This document shows positions 20,483-29,701 of a stretch of DNA of 64,000 bases, piece after piece (position 1 is the first letter of the stretch; the number at the start of each line of letters is the position of its first letter). The stretch lies in the NCBI GenBank assembly GCA_035506295.1, contig DATJPR010000130.1, forward strand, positions 2,414 through 66,413, read 5' to 3'. The notes beneath the pieces were generated by a model. That model ran no database searches. It saw only the letters and a program-made list of their open reading frames with translations, and was not told the origin of the DNA. The translations under genes were made by a program, and so were the position numbers. The stretch comes from Bacteroidota bacterium. Its GTDB lineage: Bacteria > Bacteroidota > Ignavibacteria > UBA10030 > UBA6906.

Positions 20483-22501
20483 ATGGACTCGGCAGAAAAG
20501 CAAACAGAGGGAACAAGCGATTTCACATCGGCCCCGTCGGGGAGATATCCTGATGGAAGGACCGGATCCCAGAAGGCTCCGGCAGGGGCGAAGATCCCGC
20601 CTCCCAGGATCTGGGGGTGGTTCCTCTTCATTCTCTTGACGAATTACATCCTGGCGTCGCTCCTTTTGCCCAATCCGGAATCGCCTGTTACAGTGCCGTA
20701 CACTGTTTTCAAGACGGAAGTTGGGAAGGGGAATGTGGATGCAATTTATGGCAGGGGTGAGACCGTTGCGGGACACTTCAAGGCTCCGGTCATGTACCCA
20801 TCAGACTCCGCTAAGGCTGCAGCGATAAGGGAGCCATCAAGACCCGTGAGCAACTTCACAACGACGCTCCCATCTTTTGTGGACCCTGGTCTGGAGGCGT
20901 TCTTGATCGACCACCGCGTCGAGATCAGCGCAAAGCCGATCCACGAGGAGCGCAGTTCTTTCGTGACGTTTCTCTATAGTTTTGGCCCCGGTCTGCTGTT
21001 CATCGGCTTTTATGTTTGGCTCTTCCGGCGATCAGCCAAGCAAGGAGGTTCACTGGGAGGAGGGATCCTGGGCATCGGCAAGAGCGGAGCACGACGCTAC
21101 GATCAGGAGAAGGATACAAAAGTCTCCTTCAATGATGTTGCAGGCATTGACGAGGCCAAGAATGAGTTGGTAGAGGTTGTCGATTTTCTTAAGGATCCGA
21201 GCAGATACTCCCTCCTGGGCGGCACATCACCGAAGGGTGTACTTCTCGTGGGCGCGCCGGGCACGGGGAAGACGCTGTTGGCGAAAGCAGTCGCTGGCGA
21301 GGCGGGGGTTCCCTTCTTCTCGATGAGCGCATCGGAATTCGTGGAGATGATTGTTGGAGTAGGCGCGGCAAGGGTTCGTGACCTGTTCAAGGAGGCACGC
21401 GAGCACGCCCCCGCGATCATCTTTATCGATGAGCTGGATGCTATCGGTCGCGCCCGTGGGCAGTTCGCTGTCGGTGGCTCAAGCGAGCAGGAGCAGACCC
21501 TCAACCAGATCCTGACGGAAATGGACGGCTTTTCAGGCCGGGAGGGGATCATCGTGTTGGGGGCCACCAACCAGCCGGAAGTGCTCGACAAGGCGCTCCT
21601 CAGGCCTGGACGCTTCGACCGACGCGTCGTCGTGAACCTGCCGGACAAGTTGGGGCGCGAGGCGATTCTCAGGGTCCATACCCGGAATATGCCGCTCGCG
21701 GCCGATGTTCGCTTGACGGACCTTGCAGCTTCCACGCCAGGGTTCTCGGGAGCCGATCTGAAGAATCTGAGCAACGAAGCGGCCCTTCTGGCAGCCCGAC
21801 GCCGTCAGACTGAGGTTTGTGAGAAGGACTTCACCGACGCCCTCGAAAAAGTCGTCCTCGGCCCAGCGCGACCGCTCCTCTTGAGCCGTACCGACAAAGA
21901 ACGCATTGCCTACCATGAGGGGGGACATGCGATCCTGGGACTCGTCGTGGCAGGTGCTGACCCGGTCAAGCGTGTCACCATCGTTCCGCGTGGCATGGCG
22001 CTTGGTGTGACATATCAGCGTCCTGACAGCGACCGGTACAACTACCCTGAACCATATCTGCGAGCACGGATCGTCGGCATGCTGGGAGGACGCTCGGCCG
22101 AAGAGATCGTCTACGGCGTAAAAACCACTGGGGCGGAATCCGATATCGAGCAAGCCACGCAGCTCGCCCGGGAAATGGTGACGCGTTGGGGAATGAGTGA
22201 GAGGATCGGACTGGTGCAACTTGCGTCCCGAGGAAACCCCTATCTTGGCGGCTCAGCAGGATATGCAGACCAGACGGGGTATAGCGAGGAAACTGCAAAG
22301 ACAATTGATTCCGAGGTAATGGGGATTATCGCAGAAAGTCATGAAGAAGCAAAGCGGCTGCTGAATGCGCATCGCAAGCAGCTCGACGCTCTCGCCGCCG
22401 CTCTTGTGGAACGAGAGACGCTCGACGAACAGGAGATTCTGGCGGTGACAGGACTTCCGCCTGCCCCGGTTGTAGATGCGAGGAAGCTGGCCGGCTCTTA
22501 A
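20483..22501 (+). CDS. ftsH: ATP-dependent zinc metalloprotease FtsH
   Basis: Walker [19 protein letters not shown], Walker [13 protein letters not shown], zinc site HEGGHA. Start placed at ATG 20483 after GGAGG. ATG 20447 is an alternative. Confidence 0.9.
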   Translation: MDSAEKQTEGTSDFTSAPSGRYPDGRTGSQKAPAGAKIPPPRIWGWFLFILLTNYILASLLLPNPESPVTVPYTVFKTEVGKGNVDAIYGRGETVAGHFKAPVMYPSDSAKAAAIREPSRPVSNFTTTLPSFVDPGLEAFLIDHRVEISAKPIHEERSSFVTFLYSFGPGLLFIGFYVWLFRRSAKQGGSLGGGILGIGKSGARRYDQEKDTKVSFNDVAGIDEAKNELVEVVDFLKDPSRYSLLGGTSPKGVLLVGAPGTGKTLLAKAVAGEAGVPFFSMSASEFVEMIVGVGAARVRDLFKEAREHAPAIIFIDELDAIGRARGQFAVGGSSEQEQTLNQILTEMDGFSGREGIIVLGATNQPEVLDKALLRPGRFDRRVVVNLPDKLGREAILRVHTRNMPLAADVRLTDLAASTPGFSGADLKNLSNEAALLAARRRQTEVCEKDFTDALEKVVLGPARPLLLSRTDKERIAYHEGGHAILGLVVAGADPVKRVTIVPRGMALGVTYQRPDSDRYNYPEPYLRARIVGMLGGRSAEEIVYGVKTTGAESDIEQATQLAREMVTRWGMSERIGLVQLASRGNPYLGGSAGYADQTGYSEETAKTIDSEVMGIIAESHEEAKRLLNAHRKQLDALAAALVERETLDEQEILAVTGLPPAPVVDARKLAGS

Positions 22502-22609
22502 GTCATGAAGACCGGCCCATCCTCTGCGTCGGTATGCCTGGGAGAGGCAAGTCTGATGACAGCCAGTAGACTTGAGGATCTGACGATTGCACACCAGGAG
22601 AGTCACACA

Positions 22610-22834
22610 ATGTCAAGCGAGAAGAAAAGTGTACGATCCGAAACCACGGAAGACAGAACTTCGAGAACCCGTCCCCAGCAAGGGGTTGAAGGGACGACAG
22701 AAGAATTACAGCGTGCCATCGACCGGCTCAGGATCGAAGTGCATTCTTTGAAGCACCCGTTGGAGAAGATTCGTTGCTATGAAGAAATCAAGAGGTTGCA
22801 GGACGAACTCACCAAACGGAAGAAAGAGGGCTGA
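22610..22834 (+). CDS. Hypothetical small charged coiled-coil protein
   Basis: 74 aa from MSSEKKS with AGGAG upstream. No known motif. Confidence 0.35.
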   Translation: MSSEKKSVRSETTEDRTSRTRPQQGVEGTTEELQRAIDRLRIEVHSLKHPLEKIRCYEEIKRLQDELTKRKKEG

Positions 22835-22855
22835 CCCATTCGTCGGACTTCACTC

Positions 22856-23617
22856 ATGAAAGACACATGCGTTCGGTTCACAAGATATGTCGGGAGCATG
22901 ACAACCTTTGCGCTACGGTGTCTCCTGGGTTTCTTTCGCCCTCCGTTCGAAACGAAAGAGACACTCAGACACATCGACGAACTTGGTGCAAAGTCCCTTC
23001 CGCTTGTTGGCACAACCGGACTCATCGTGGGGTTGATTCTTGCGATCCAATCCCGCCCTGTCCTCGCACGCTTCGGGGCTGAATTGTATGTCCCTGCGAT
23101 GGTGTCGATCTCGGTCGTCCGTGAACTAGGTCCCATCTTATCCGCTCTCATGGTAGCAGGAAGAGTCGGTTCGGGCATCAGCGCGGAGCTCGGATCGATG
23201 CGTGTCACAGAGCAGATCGATGCTATGGAAGTTTCTGGAATAGATTCGTTCCGGTTTCTCGTGGTAACCCGGGTCCTTGCGTGCACGCTGATTCTCCCCT
23301 TGCTCACGGGCATCTTCAATGTGCTGGCAATTCTCGGCGCGTTCGTCCCTGCGGTCACAGAAATGCATATGTCCTGGACTCTGTACTTCCACTGGGCCGT
23401 ATATTCGCTCTGGCTCCGTGACGTGGTCCCTGCCATTCTGAAGACGCTTGCTTTTGGATTCATCATTGGAGTCATCGGCTCCCATCATGGTTATACAGTT
23501 TCCGGCGGGACCGAAGGTGTCGGGCATGCGTCGACGAATGCGGTGGTTACCGCATCGTTACTCCTCCTGTTTTCAGACATGATTTTGGCAAAACTGATCG
23601 TCCTGATATGGAACTGA
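22856..23617 (+). CDS. mlaE: MlaE-family ABC transporter permease
   Basis: 253 aa polytopic protein. MlaE-like segments (ELGPILSALMVAGRVGSGISAELGSMRVTEQIDAM). Confidence 0.85.
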   Translation: MKDTCVRFTRYVGSMTTFALRCLLGFFRPPFETKETLRHIDELGAKSLPLVGTTGLIVGLILAIQSRPVLARFGAELYVPAMVSISVVRELGPILSALMVAGRVGSGISAELGSMRVTEQIDAMEVSGIDSFRFLVVTRVLACTLILPLLTGIFNVLAILGAFVPAVTEMHMSWTLYFHWAVYSLWLRDVVPAILKTLAFGFIIGVIGSHHGYTVSGGTEGVGHASTNAVVTASLLLLFSDMILAKLIVLIWN

Positions 23618-24336
23618 TTGAGATTCAGAATCTGTGCACCTCTTTTGACGGCGTACCCGTTCTCCGGGGGATTAACCTGACCGTTGAGCGGGGGAGGACC
23701 ATGGTTATTTTGGGGAGAAGCGGAGTGGGCAAAAGCGTACTGCTGAAGTGCATCATCGGGTTGATCTCCCCGGATGCAGGGAGCATCCGCATTGACGGGA
23801 AAGAGATCATCGGCATGGGTCGCAGCCAATTATACGCAGTACGCAGCCGCATGGGGTACCTGTTTCAGGGGGCAGCCCTGTATGATTCGATGTCCGTCCG
23901 TGGCAATCTTGAGTTTTCGCTGCGACGACGCGAGTTGCTGAGCGACGATGAGATGGGAGAAAGAATCGAGAAGCAACTGCGGCTGGTCGGCCTGGAAGAT
24001 GCGATCGACCAGATGCCATCTCAACTCTCGGGCGGCATGAAGAAGCGTGTTGGCCTCGCCAGAGCCTTGATTACCCGGCCGGAAATCATGCTGTACGATG
24101 AGCCTACGACGGGCCTCGACCCCATCACAGGCCGCGAAATCAGCCACCTGATCCAGAGTCTCGAAGAGCAATATGAGATGACCTCAATTGCCGTTACCCA
24201 CGACATCGGCTGCATGCGTGCCATCGCTGACAGGGTGGCTATGTTGAACGAGGGGGTGATATCCTTTGAAGGAACACTCGAGGCAATGGGAAAATCAAAA
24301 GACGAATCTGTGCAAAGGTTCATTGACAGTGAGTGA
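23608..24336 (+). CDS. mlaF: MlaF-like ABC transporter ATP-binding protein
   Basis: Walker A GRSGVGKS, signature LSGGMKKRV, Walker B MLYDEPTTGLD. It overlaps the mlaE stop. Confidence 0.85.
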   Translation: MELIEIQNLCTSFDGVPVLRGINLTVERGRTMVILGRSGVGKSVLLKCIIGLISPDAGSIRIDGKEIIGMGRSQLYAVRSRMGYLFQGAALYDSMSVRGNLEFSLRRRELLSDDEMGERIEKQLRLVGLEDAIDQMPSQLSGGMKKRVGLARALITRPEIMLYDEPTTGLDPITGREISHLIQSLEEQYEMTSIAVTHDIGCMRAIADRVAMLNEGVISFEGTLEAMGKSKDESVQRFIDSE

Positions 24337-24346
24337 GGGCGCAACT

Positions 24347-25354
24347 ATGACTACTTCACCATCTTCGTTCCGCGTAGGACTGCTTGCGATTCTTGGCATC
24401 GGTGCCCTCCTTGCCGCGGTCTTTCTTGTTGGGAGTCAGGAAGGTCTGTTCCACCCAACGTTTCACGTGAGTGCGTTCTTCAACTCGGTGGAGGGGGTAC
24501 GTTCAGGCTCTGCCGTTCGCCTGGCCGGAGTGGATATCGGTGTGGTTGACAAGGTCGAGGTTTCGCCTCAGGATAACAGAGTGCGCCTGGACCTGAAACT
24601 GAATGCAAGCGCAAGGAGCTTCATCAAGAAGGACTCGTACGCGTCCATCATGCCCGAGGGACTTGTCGGCAGTTATTACGTGGATGTGACGGTGGGATCC
24701 CGGGCCGGAGAACAAATCGAGGACGGTGACTTCATTCAGAGCAAAGAAGCCACGCGTCTCTCCGAAGTCCTGGAGAACACTGAAGAGATACTCGAGAATA
24801 TTCGGCGAGCCTCGAACGAACTGACGAAGACTCTGACCGCTGTCAACAAGGGGCATGGGACGTTGGGAAAACTCATTGTGAACGAAGATATCTACCGGCA
24901 CCTGGATCACATGAGCAGTCAAGGTGACTCGGGGATGGCCGAGACGCTCGGGATTGTTGGAACGCTGGCCGTTTCCGTGGGCAATGTCGTCCACAGAACG
25001 GACAGTCTCGTTGCGAATGCAAATACCATGTTTGCCAGGCTCAACGAGGGAAATGGCAGCCTCGGAGCCATGCTCGCCGAGAGGACACTCTATGATAGTC
25101 TGCTTCTCGCGGTGCGCAACACGGTGGGGGCAACTGAGCAAGCGAAAGTTGGAGCGGGCCGGTTCGCCGAGGACATGGAAGCCCTGAAACACCATTGGCT
25201 TCTCAAAGGGTATTTTGAAGATCGCGGCTACTGGGACGAGTCCGACTATGAACATGTCATCGACAAAAAGATTGACAGTTTGAAGACTATCGAAGAGAAG
25301 GTCGCGAGCCAGATGCAGGAACTGGAGCGACGCAAATCACTTGTACCTAAATGA
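24347..25354 (+). CDS. mlaD: MCE/MlaD-family substrate-binding protein
   Basis: Start at MTTSPSSF (ATG 24347). N-terminal TM anchor, MCE domain (GSAVRLAGVDIGVVDKV), long helical C-terminus. Confidence 0.8.
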   Translation: MTTSPSSFRVGLLAILGIGALLAAVFLVGSQEGLFHPTFHVSAFFNSVEGVRSGSAVRLAGVDIGVVDKVEVSPQDNRVRLDLKLNASARSFIKKDSYASIMPEGLVGSYYVDVTVGSRAGEQIEDGDFIQSKEATRLSEVLENTEEILENIRRASNELTKTLTAVNKGHGTLGKLIVNEDIYRHLDHMSSQGDSGMAETLGIVGTLAVSVGNVVHRTDSLVANANTMFARLNEGNGSLGAMLAERTLYDSLLLAVRNTVGATEQAKVGAGRFAEDMEALKHHWLLKGYFEDRGYWDESDYEHVIDKKIDSLKTIEEKVASQMQELERRKSLVPK

Positions 25355-25381
25355 ACCACACAGCGCAGAAGGAGCACAACC

Positions 25382-25705
25382 ATGGATCCATTCAGAAGAG
25401 CAATGTTTTTCGGGCTGGGGGTCATGAGCCTGAAGAGGAAAGAAGCCGAGGAGATCATCGATGACCTTGTGCAACGCGGAGAGATGAGCAGGGATGATCG
25501 AACACCTATGGTGGAACGATTGCTGAAAGAGGCTCAAATGCAGAAGGACGAGCTGGAAGAGAAAGTGGCCGTATCGGTGCAGAAGACGATGAACGATATC
25601 GGACTTCCGACACAAGCGGATTTCAAGAAGATCGAGAACAGGCTGGAAGGGATTGAAAAAGCAATAGCCCCGCACAAGAGAGAGAAGCGAGGAATACACG
25701 CATGA
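25382..25705 (+). CDS. Phasin-like / PHA synthesis regulator-like small helical protein
   Basis: 107 aa. The pattern FFGLGVMSLKRKEAEEIIDDLVQRGEMS...LPTQADFKKIENRLEGIEK resembles the COG3937 phasin family. This is from memory and unverified. Confidence 0.6.
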   Translation: MDPFRRAMFFGLGVMSLKRKEAEEIIDDLVQRGEMSRDDRTPMVERLLKEAQMQKDELEEKVAVSVQKTMNDIGLPTQADFKKIENRLEGIEKAIAPHKREKRGIHA

Positions 25706-26008
25706 CGCGCCGTGGGTGCTCGCCGTACCCGCCAAGAGTTGAAGCGCTCTGGTCTTCATCAGCGGGATCAACGTGCTCCTGGGTGCGCACGCCCGTATTG
25801 GCGCACCGTCGCTGAGATGGCATTTCGGGCCGGGGCAGTTTGGCCTGGCGCCGTAACGACGTGCATTGGCGTACAGAAGGAATTCAACGAGTCTGTTTGA
25901 AGGGCGCTCGGATATGATCGCTTACCATCAGAAGATTGCACTTTCCTGAGTCCTATTATGGACAAGTCTGAGGTCGTGTAACACATTGAAAATGCCCGAA
26001 GGAGGCAC

Positions 26009-26242
26009 ATGATGAACGAGCATATGTTATCGCTTGCGGAGTTCGAAAATGAGTTCGAAGCAGAAATCGCGCGTGGGCATCTTAAGTCTGCAGGGATCGA
26101 CGCGATATTGTCGAAGGATGACGCGGGCGGGATGCTACCTTCATTGCAGGAGGTAGAAGGAGTGAGTTTGTTGGTCCGGCCCGAGGACGTAAAACGAGCC
26201 AGGGTAATACTGCGTGAGAATTCAATGGTCTCAAGGAAATAG
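26009..26242 (+). CDS. DUF2007-like small protein (putative signal-transducing fold)
   Basis: 77 aa. Strong SD GAAGGAGG. The pattern EAEIARGHLKSAGIDAIL...DD matches DUF2007 members as I recall them. Confidence 0.6.
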   Translation: MMNEHMLSLAEFENEFEAEIARGHLKSAGIDAILSKDDAGGMLPSLQEVEGVSLLVRPEDVKRARVILRENSMVSRK

Positions 26243-26324
26243 AAATCGCATAGCCGAGGAACCTGGCATTGGGGTACAGGTGCCAGTCAATCACCATACA
26301 ACCATCAATAAGGAGGATCTCATC

Positions 26325-26915
26325 ATGTCAAAAAGTGAACAGTCAACCGACGCGGCGAATCCGGAAGATCTCTTCGGTGACCTCAAGAAGAATTGGGGCT
26401 GGATATTGGCTCTCGGAATTTTGCTGCTTATCCTTGGCACGATCGGGCTGTGTATGACGCTATTCGTGACGTTGGCCAGCGTCTTTAGTATTGGCGTTCT
26501 CTTGCTTGTCGGCGGGGGTGCCCAAATTGTCCACGCATTCAAGGCTAAGGGATGGAAGAGCATCGTCCTGTCTGTGCTCATTGCCATTCTTTATATCGTA
26601 TCGGGTATTGTGGTCATCGGCAACCCCGTAGCGGCTTCCGCGGTTTTGACGTTGATGCTCGCAGGAGCGATAATCGGCATCGGTGTCTTGCGAACTGTCA
26701 TGGGGATCCATCTGCGCGGCTTCAAGAATTGGATTTGGCCGGTCCTGAGCGGCATCATTGCCATCCTGATGGGCGCGGTAATTATCTTGCAGTGGCCAAT
26801 CTCAGGGTTCTGGGTCATCGGCCTTTTTGTAGCAGTAGAAATGATTATGAATGGCTGGGCCACAATTGCAATTGCAGTGACAGCAAAGAACGTGGGCTTG
26901 AAGCCCGAGCACTAG
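26325..26915 (+). CDS. HdeD/DUF308-family membrane protein
   Basis: Start at MSKSEQS after AAGGAGG. Repeated Gly-rich TM helices (WGWILALGILLLILG...) typical of DUF308. Confidence 0.75.
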   Translation: MSKSEQSTDAANPEDLFGDLKKNWGWILALGILLLILGTIGLCMTLFVTLASVFSIGVLLLVGGGAQIVHAFKAKGWKSIVLSVLIAILYIVSGIVVIGNPVAASAVLTLMLAGAIIGIGVLRTVMGIHLRGFKNWIWPVLSGIIAILMGAVIILQWPISGFWVIGLFVAVEMIMNGWATIAIAVTAKNVGLKPEH

Positions 26916-27022
26916 GGGGAATGCGCCACATGGAGCAAACACCATGGTCGGGGGTTCTGCGGGGGCTGTGAGCCGCCGACCGTGGAGTCTGACGAGTGAG
27001 CGAACTTGGAGAACATGGACAA

Positions 27023-28735
27023 ATGGTAAGCACCGGGAAAATCGGCAATGTGGGCCGCACGTATCGACACGCCACACGCTACAGGGCGATACTCAATGTT
27101 CTCATAAAATACGGGTTTGGGGATCTGGTTGATGCACTCAACATCAGAGAGCATTTCGAATCTGTCAGGAAGAAGATTTCGCGACAACGGCCGGGGCCCA
27201 TTGACAAACTCTCCAGGCCTGAGAGAGTCAGAATGGTTTTGGAGGAGCTTGGTCCGACCTTTGTCAAGCTGGGTCAGATACTCTCTACTCGCGCCGATCT
27301 CATTCCATTGGAGTACGTCGAAGAATTTTCAAAGCTGCAAGATGCGGTGCCGGCCTTCCCGTATGAGAAAGTCAAAGAGATCATCCTCTCCGAAACGGGA
27401 AAATCCCCGGGCGTTCTCTTTCACTCTTTTCAAAAGAAACCCATTGCTGCCGCCTCCATAGGACAGGTCCATAGGGCTGTCTTGAAGGGCAACGAAGAGG
27501 AAGTGGCCATCAAGGTCCAACGTCCGGACATCCAAGAGACGGTGAATATCGACCTGGAAATCCTGCTTCACCTGGCTACCCTTGTGGAGAAGCACGTGGC
27601 AGAACTGAAATTCGTTCGCCCTACGAAGATCGTGGCCGAATTTGCCAGGACCATGCAAGATGAGATGGACTACAGGGTGGAGGCTTCTCACATTGAGCGG
27701 TTTGCTCGACAGTTCGTAGATGACCGGACGATTTACGTCCCGAAGGTGTTTCGTGAACTCACCACCAAACGCATGCTTGTTATGGAGTTCATTGACGGCA
27801 GAAAGGCTTCAGACTTCGTCGCTCTTGGGGAGGGCGGTTACGACCTCAAAGAAGTGGCGCGGCGTGGAGCTGACTCAATGCTACAGCAGATTTGCGTTTG
27901 GGGCTTCTTCCACGCGGATCCCCATCCGGGAAACATTCTGATTCTCCCGGATAATGTCATCTGTTTCATTGACTTCGGCATAATGGGGCGGATCAGTCGG
28001 CAGGAGCGCGAAGACTTCACAGATTTCGTGGAAGTGCTTATCCGCAAAGATGAAAACAAGGCGGTGGATGCTCTACTGAAGCTCACCGACGCGAGCGCGG
28101 ATCCAAGGCAAGACGAGCTACAGAGAGACTTGATGGAATTCATCGACCGATATGCCTTCCTTCCTCTGAAGGAACTGGAAATGGGCAAGATGCTTCAGAG
28201 TGTCGTGGAGATCCTCAGGAAACAAGGCATGAGTTTGAAACCTGATCTGTTTCTGACGGTGAAGGCGCTCACGATCGCTGAGGGCTTAGGCAGATCGTTG
28301 GATCCGGAATTCGAGATTATGGAACATGCTGAACCAATGTTCCGCAAAATCCAACTCACTCGGTACTCGATTCAGGGGATGATCCGCGATCTCGCGGATT
28401 CGGGAGGGGAGTTGTTTCGCTTCGCCAGAGAAATTCCCGGTGAACTGAGAGAACTCCTCAGGAAAGCCAGAGAAGGAAAACTGAAATTAGAAATTGAGTA
28501 CGGTGCATTGGAGCGTACGCTCTTCAGATTGGACCTCATCAGTGGCCGCATTGCCTCAGCGATCGTGCTGGCCTCGTTGATCATCGGTTCATCTATCATC
28601 GTTCTCTCGAACACGCCCCCGAAGTGGCACGACATGCCGATCATTGGTCTGGCTGGCTTGCTCATTGCGGCTGTTATGGGGTCCTGGCTCTTGACATCTT
28701 TCTTCAGACGCGGAGGGAGGTCGACAAATGACTAG
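27023..28735 (+). CDS. ABC1/UbiB-family atypical protein kinase
   Basis: ABC1 motifs LGPTFVKLGQILSTRADLIP, AAASIGQVHRA, HADPHPGNIL, and two C-terminal TM helices. An alternative GTG start lies at 26996. Confidence 0.85.
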   Translation: MVSTGKIGNVGRTYRHATRYRAILNVLIKYGFGDLVDALNIREHFESVRKKISRQRPGPIDKLSRPERVRMVLEELGPTFVKLGQILSTRADLIPLEYVEEFSKLQDAVPAFPYEKVKEIILSETGKSPGVLFHSFQKKPIAAASIGQVHRAVLKGNEEEVAIKVQRPDIQETVNIDLEILLHLATLVEKHVAELKFVRPTKIVAEFARTMQDEMDYRVEASHIERFARQFVDDRTIYVPKVFRELTTKRMLVMEFIDGRKASDFVALGEGGYDLKEVARRGADSMLQQICVWGFFHADPHPGNILILPDNVICFIDFGIMGRISRQEREDFTDFVEVLIRKDENKAVDALLKLTDASADPRQDELQRDLMEFIDRYAFLPLKELEMGKMLQSVVEILRKQGMSLKPDLFLTVKALTIAEGLGRSLDPEFEIMEHAEPMFRKIQLTRYSIQGMIRDLADSGGELFRFAREIPGELRELLRKAREGKLKLEIEYGALERTLFRLDLISGRIASAIVLASLIIGSSIIVLSNTPPKWHDMPIIGLAGLLIAAVMGSWLLTSFFRRGGRSTND

Positions 28736-28760
28736 ATCCGGAATGAACAGTGGAGGATGA

Positions 28761-29684
28761 ATGTTTCGCATTGCTCACCTCTCGGATCCGCATATCCTGT
28801 CGCCAACGGCGGTCGATTGGCGCAAGATTCTCTTCAACAAACGTGTCACCGGTTATGCCAACCTGGTGCTGCGTCGCGGGCGCGTGTATCGCCGTGAGTA
28901 CTTGCTCGCCGTGCTGAGAGCGGCAGCCGCATGCGCCGATCATGTCGTGGTTACCGGCGATATCACGAACCTCGGCCTGGAGAGTGAGTACGACGAGGCG
29001 CGAAGGCTGATCGATTCCATAAACCGCACTGCGGAAGTTAGTGTCGTCCCCGGCAATCACGATATATACTTGGCCTCGATCCAACGCGATCGCCGTTTTC
29101 CACAATATTTCGGCAAGTTGCTTGTCAGCGATCTGCCGGAATATGCCGTTCAGCTGCCGGCTGGCCCGTATCCGTGCGTGAAGTTACGCGGACCGGCGGC
29201 GATCATTGGCCTGTCGAGCGCTGTGCCGCGGCCGCCTTTCGTTTCCTCCGGCAATGTCGGCGTTGTGCAACTCGAGGCACTGAAAAAGATTCTCGCGCAT
29301 CCCGAAGTGGCGCGGCGGACGCCGGTGATACTGATTCATCATCCTCCGATCGACCGGCGCATGCGAGTTGCACAGCTTCGGGACGGATTGGTAGATGCCG
29401 CGTCGGTGCGCAGCTCGCTCGCTCCGCTATCGCGCGGATTGGTCCTCTTCGGTCATTTGCACGTTCGTGTGCGAGCCAAGATCCGGACGACGTCCGGCGT
29501 GCTCGACGCGGTCTGCGCGAGCGGGGCGGCGCTGGATCATCCTGATCCCTCGATCCGGGCCGGCTTCAATCTTTACGAGATCGACGACGATGGAGCGATT
29601 GTCACGGTCGAGGCTTATGTGCTCGACCCTATCAACGGTGCGCTGCGCCCGATGATGATTTCAGAGCGAGCTGGTTCTGTGTAA
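28761..29684 (+). CDS. Calcineurin-like metallophosphoesterase
   Basis: Motifs LSDPH, TGDITN, GNHD, HHPP, GHLH in the canonical order. GGAGG SD. Confidence 0.8.
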   Translation: MFRIAHLSDPHILSPTAVDWRKILFNKRVTGYANLVLRRGRVYRREYLLAVLRAAAACADHVVVTGDITNLGLESEYDEARRLIDSINRTAEVSVVPGNHDIYLASIQRDRRFPQYFGKLLVSDLPEYAVQLPAGPYPCVKLRGPAAIIGLSSAVPRPPFVSSGNVGVVQLEALKKILAHPEVARRTPVILIHHPPIDRRMRVAQLRDGLVDAASVRSSLAPLSRGLVLFGHLHVRVRAKIRTTSGVLDAVCASGAALDHPDPSIRAGFNLYEIDDDGAIVTVEAYVLDPINGALRPMMISERAGSV

Positions 29685-29701
29685 AGTGAGGGCGATTGTC
29701 C

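Noticed and set aside
25623-26010. Minus-strand ORFs of 66 and 80 aa in the phasin-DUF2007 intergenic gap.
   Set aside because: No SD, implausible composition and mutual overlap. The region is treated as non-coding.
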